Below are positions 58,901-64,000 of a stretch of 64,000 nucleotides of DNA, one piece after another. Numbering within the stretch: position 1 is the stretch's first letter; each line of letters begins with the position of its first letter. The DNA is from Raillietiella orientalis. Taxonomy: Eukaryota. Both the position numbers and the translations under genes were made by a program. The notes beneath the pieces were generated by a model. It made no database searches and was not told the origin of the DNA. It was given only the letters and a program-made list of their open reading frames with translations. The stretch is from contig JAYWIR010000012.1 in NCBI GenBank assembly GCA_036172245.1, forward strand, positions 3,658,001-3,722,000, given 5' to 3'.

Positions 58901-61900
58901 CGGCAGACTCACCATGCCCATTTGACCACCGCCCAACTCCCCCGCGAGAAACCAGGAGCGGCGATTTCTTCCTGAGGGGCGATCGACCCGAATCGAACGG
59001 GTGGCGGCCTAGAGGGAGGGCATCCCTCCGGGGCGAGGGATAGAGGGTAAACAGTGAGCCGCTCCTCTGCTTCCTTGCACCCCCCGTAGGAGCCGCGTCC
59101 TCCCCCTGGAACACAGACGGCGTATCTGCCCCTGCCGGGGGGAAGAGCTCGAGCCGAAGGCAGTAGCTCTCGGGCGGGAGGAAGAGAGACGTCTCTCCTG
59201 GGATCTCCAGGGTAAGCTTACCCGAGAGCCCTCATCTCGGGACTCCTGTCCCCCTCCCCCTCGTAATAGGAAGGCTCCTCTCGTGATATTTTCCGGTCAG
59301 ACCTCCCTCCGGAAACTCCGGCTGGCGGTGGGAGCTTCTCCAAAGCCAGGAGGAAGGGCGTGGCTCCCGCCTCATGACGTCCCGTGGGGTTCCTGGGACG
59401 GTAATTCTAGGAAGGCAGGATTGATCGGTTTCTCGCGCGTTCCCACGTGACAGAGGTGCACCACTCTGGCAGGGAGTCCCGGAATACGCAGCCCGCAGCC
59501 GACGCTTTCGAAATTCACTCCCTGGGGTCGACTGGGCCGGGGTCCTGCATCGGGGCTTGAGCCGGGATGAGCGAATCCCTAATTAGGGGATGGGGCGTTG
59601 CGGGCAAGGCACCTTTCCCGTCTTCCTGCTTTCGAATCGCTGAGGGAGCGGCGGCTGTGAGCCGACGCCTTCGCACCAGTGGATAGACTCCCGTCCGTAC
59701 ACTAGTGGAGATCCCAGAATCCTCCAGGCCTACAGTAGTCTGAAAGAGGGGTCTCTCCACGGATGTACGAAGCAAGGAGAGCGCCTTCCCGTCCAGGTCT
59801 CCGCTGTTGAAGTGCAGGGGAGGGGAGGGGGAGGAGGGAACGCGTTTTGGAAAGGAAGGAGGAAGGTCGGGGCTCCCAGGGAAGGCCGCAGTGGAAGTCC
59901 CGGGCTCTCACAAAGGGGAAGACCGGGGGAGGAAGAGGGGCTCTCTGAGCCGCGAGGAGCAGTCCTTGCCTTAGGAGAAGTTGGATTTAGAAATTCCATG
60001 GCGACGGAAGCAGCTGCAGCGTAGCCCTCCCGACATCACCATGGCGCCCAGCGGCCCCCCGGCAGGGCGAGAAGCTTCCTAAAGGATGGGGACAGAAACC
60101 GACCCCCAGAGTGCATCCCGGAGTCATGGGAGGTCGAGAAGGAACCTGGCAAATGCGCTGGCGCTGAGGTAGTGCGGGCGAGCCCTCAGAAAAGATACCC
60201 AGGACCTCCCGGGCCTGGCTCTCGTCTATCGATGATCGGCGTGCCCTTCAGTCTGCTCGCCGAACTCGGAAGGCGCCTCATTTTCCAGGTAGGGAGGTAG
60301 GGGTCCCCGGAGGCGGTGCAAGCGAGTGGCGCCGGAGCGGGCGGGCATGACCGCTCCACCAACGTCCTGTCGCCAGCGCGCCCCTTCCCGAGGGAATGCG
60401 TCTCCCTCAATGGAGTATTCCAGCAGCGACGCCAATCGGGAGCTTCTCCCTCCCTTCCCGCGGCATCGTGCATGGCCTCGCAGTGGCTGCGAGAGCGTGG
60501 TCAAGCAGTGCCAAAGGGCGTGCGGAGGGCGGCGGGTCCCAGCCGCTGCTCCTCCCACCCAGCCAAGAACCTCTCCAGCTGCAGAGGATGGGGAAGATGC
60601 GGGAGGAGAAGAATAAGGAAGAGGAGAAGGAGGAGAGAGTCAGAGCGACCAGATGTCAAAACGCAGAGAGGAGTTGCCAAGCAGCGAAAAAAGAAAAGGG
60701 AGCGGGAGGGAGAGGAAGCGCGAAGATGTGGCTCCTGCAGCCGGAGGACCCGCACGGCGTCCTGAGGTGGCCTTGGGGGACAGAAGACGTTCGCTGGGAT
60801 TTGAAAATGGGTGTGGAGAGGAGCGGCTCGTGGTGAGAGTGCCGGCCCCACGAGAGACCGCGGCTGGAGGGGGCGGGGAGTTCGCATCTTCGGGTTCGTC
60901 GGGGTCTCGGGGGAGCTCCAAGGTCACCTCGCGGGAAGGCCGGCAGGGAAATCGGCAGCTGCGGGGGCCGGGAAGGATTATGAGGGGTTTCCCCAGGATC
61001 GTACGACGCCTCCAGATGGCGTGCGGAGCGTCCCGGGAAAGGCGGGTTCGGGAAGGAATGATCAGGGAATCCAGTCCCTACAGAGGTCAGATTTCAAGGC
61101 GCGAGAGGCGGACCCGCGGTCACGTCCGGGGGCGAGGTCGGCGCACTCCGCCCCCACCCTGCCCGCTGCATCCCATCAGGTGACGCCTCAGGCAAGAGGG
61201 CGGGCAGATCCGCGGACACGAGGGCGTCAGGACCCTTCCGCTCAGGGAGAATGAAGGGTGCCGCTGACGTGCAGGAACCGCCAGAACTCTGGGCATCGCG
61301 GGGTACGGTCCACGGGGAGCTCGGACGCTCGATGACGTGACGACGAGCAAGCCGAGGGGAAACGGACCTCGAGCCGTCTGAAGGTCGGGCTGCGACAAGA
61401 AGAAAGGGGAGGAGGGCGAGGTCGCGAAACGCAGAAGGGGACAGTGAGCGGGGGGCACCTACTAAGCTCTCGGGAACGAGGGCTGTGAGCCCACGGGAGC
61501 GGCAGAAGATGTCAAGAGAGACGAGTTCTTCGCGGGAGTACGTCTGTGAGGCCCCGAAGCCAATGAAAAGAGAGGGTTCGGGAACGGACCCGCGGGAGCC
61601 GGTGGCGCAAATGCCGCGGAGTCGAGCGGCGAACGCGATGTCAAGGCAGTCAGGGGAGGGAAGGGGTGGAGGAGGAAAGCAAGGAGAGGGGGAGGAGGGC
61701 GAGGAGGAAGGTAAAGGAGAGGAAGAGGAGGAGGGAGGGAGGAGTTTCTCTCCCCTTCCCAGCTTTCCAGTTGCCCCGGCGTGCCCGCAACCGTTCGGTT
61801 ACTTCACCGCCACCGCGAGCACCCCAGCTCGGCGGAGATATGCAGGATTCAGTGGGTTGGAAGGCCCAACTATCCCCCACCCCATCCCTTCGTACACCCA

Positions 61901-62379
61901 GCAGGACCCCTCCTTTACGAACTACTGCGAAACGCCCTGACGTTCGACTACGTCAGGATTCTTGCCTTTCCCCCACGCCCCCGTCCCTCTAGCTGCCGGG
62001 CTTTGTTGTCCGCCGTCCCGTTCCCAGAGACACTCGGTCGCGAAGGACGAGGGTCCTCCCGGGTCCTTTTTCGTGTTCCAAGAGGGGTCAGAGAGAGAGG
62101 GGAGGGGGCACCGTGCGCGAGTGCGCGTGCACAGAGGAGGTTCCAGAAGCGCCACTGCTAGTCCTGGGACGTGAGCCGAGCCCTCGGAGCCGAGTCCCGC
62201 GTAGCAGGAGGTTTCACGTTTTCCGGACCTCCGGAGGGAACGGGGGGGCAAAGGAGAGTGCGTGGCAAGCGCGTGGGCCCTCCCCTCGGCAAGCCACCGC
62301 CACAGCTCTCCCGAATGGGATGCCGTTGGCCGAGACTTCCCGAAAACGAAGGACGCCGGAAAGTTGGAGGGAAGAGCAG

Positions 62380-62575
62380 CTTCCTCCTCCTCCTCCTCTT
62401 ACTCTTTTTTTTCTCTTCCTTTCATAATCCCATCCTCCCTTTCCCCTCCTGTTTTTCCTTCCTCCCTTTCCCCTCCTGTTTTTCCTTCCTCCCTCTCTTC
62501 CTCCTATCTTTCTCCTCTCCTCCTACTGAATTCCTCCTTCATTCTTTCTGCCCTTTCCTTCTCCTCTCGTTTCTT
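62380..62575. repeat. polypyrimidine tract with an internal tandem duplication
   Basis: tcctccctttcccctcctgtttttcct occurs twice in tandem at about 62433-62487. Confidence 0.85.
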
Positions 62576-64000
62576 GCAGGAACATGGGGCTTCCCGTAAA
62601 TGATTTAGAAGTACTAGTAATTCGTGTTTTATTTTATTAGAGTGAAATTGATATTAATGCTAAATGTTGATGGGTTAAATAAAATGATTGCTATGCGTAA
62701 GGAAATATAGTTGAACTTGGTTATGTTAGTATGAGAAGTATGTTTAGTAATAGATTATTGGGTTGCGTAGTTTGGAGATATAAGATTTTAATCTTAAGTT
62801 AATGTTGGTTTTCTAAAGTTTAATGAGTGAAACATTACCTGCTACCGGATCAGGGACGGCGGCAACAGGGGATCGCGTGAGCGCTTGGGATGGTGGGGGA
62901 GTGGAGCCGGCAGAGTGGAAAGCCGCGAGGAAGGGAGGTGCGGTCACCCCACGCGCCCTCTGGGCTCGCCGGTCGGTGAAGCCCGCAGGGCGGGCGGACA
63001 CTAGGGGGGCTGCCGGCACCTGTAAGCAGGAAGAGGGCCGCCTGCGTCCTAGGCCCGCAGCATGGAGGCAATCGAGATCTGGGGTGCTCCATCCCTCCGG
63101 ATCCCCACCCCGCAGGGAGCGCAGTCACTCCTCTTGCAGTTTCGTCCCTTCGGAGCGGCGCGCGGGACGCTGGAACGCGTCACGAAGAGGCCGCTAAAGG
63201 TCGTCTCCCAGGTCCGGGATGCGCGGGCGTAGGGAGGGGAACCCCCCACTCCCATTTTCCGTCCTCCTCGCCGCAGCGAGGGAGCCGCCAGGAAGAGGAG
63301 GATGTCATCTTGACCCGGCATCCTCGGGCGCCTCAGGAAGAGGATCGGGCGCTGCTCCTCGCAAGAGGGAGGGCCACCAGAGGGGAGACAGGGGAAGAGG
63401 GGAGCACAGAGGTGTCACGCTCCCGTGGGAGCAGCGGATGGTGTTTCCTTCCCGCCTCCGGATGGCGCCACCTTCAGGGCAGAGAAGGAAGGCGACGTGA
63501 TGGAGAAAAAGGCGGTGAGGGAGGGAGGAAGCGAAGGGGCGCCTAGAGATCCCAGAGGATTGAGGGGCGGTTCCCCTCCCACACAGGAAGGGGAACCGCC
63601 GGCCACGGCCCGTCCTCTGCGCCCGTTTTCGAGACGACCGCCTGGAGCGTCGTGGCCTGGCTCGGGTGGATCTCCGCTCTCCTATATCCCTGAAAATTCG
63701 CCGAGGGATTTCCGGGGCAAGCCGGGAATGATGGATCTGCGTCTCGCGGACTGCCCGAGGCGCTCCCGGGGACCGCAGATCCAGAAGGGGTGGAGGTCAA
63801 GATCGCCGGTGGAGCATCCCCTCTCCTTCGAGTTGTGGTCTGGTCGCGATCCCCCGGCCAGATGTCCTACGGCGACGCGATCCCCGTAGCTGGAAAAGAG
63901 ACCCCTGGCTCCCTGGGGTGGCGCTCCCGCAAGGATTGGACGCAACCGGTCCTACCCTTGCGGTCCCGGGAAGAGAAATGTCTGTCGTCGGAGAGCAAGC

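Noticed and set aside
1..64000. tRNA, rRNA, snRNA genes, LTRs and intact transposases
   Set aside because: None recognised by eye; covariance-model searches would be needed to exclude small RNAs.

Overview
Eukaryotic, most likely insect, genomic DNA in three compositional zones. (1) 1-16 kb: AT-rich islands carry three intact, stop-terminated, phase-1 zinc-finger exons (1416-1723, 5972-6174, 7762-7967). They have the CCHC + C2H2 layout typical of lola-type alternative 3' exons. At least one apparently decayed exon of the same kind lies among them, and the islands are separated by eroded transposon DNA. No BTB/common exons were found in the window. (2) 16-23.6 kb: a CpG-poor AT-rich stretch leads into a six-exon + strand gene with very short introns (44-98 nt). 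It encodes a ~722-aa protein with a Lys-rich segment, a coiled coil and two matrin/U1-type zinc fingers (ZNF318/CG9776-like). (3) 23.7-64 kb: an abrupt switch to GC- and CpG-rich DNA made largely of fragmented, nested L1/Tx1-like non-LTR retrotransposons in both orientations, with polypurine/polypyrimidine tracts between them. Most long ORFs in zone 3 look like GC-content artefacts. All family assignments come from motif recognition by eye; no database search was run.
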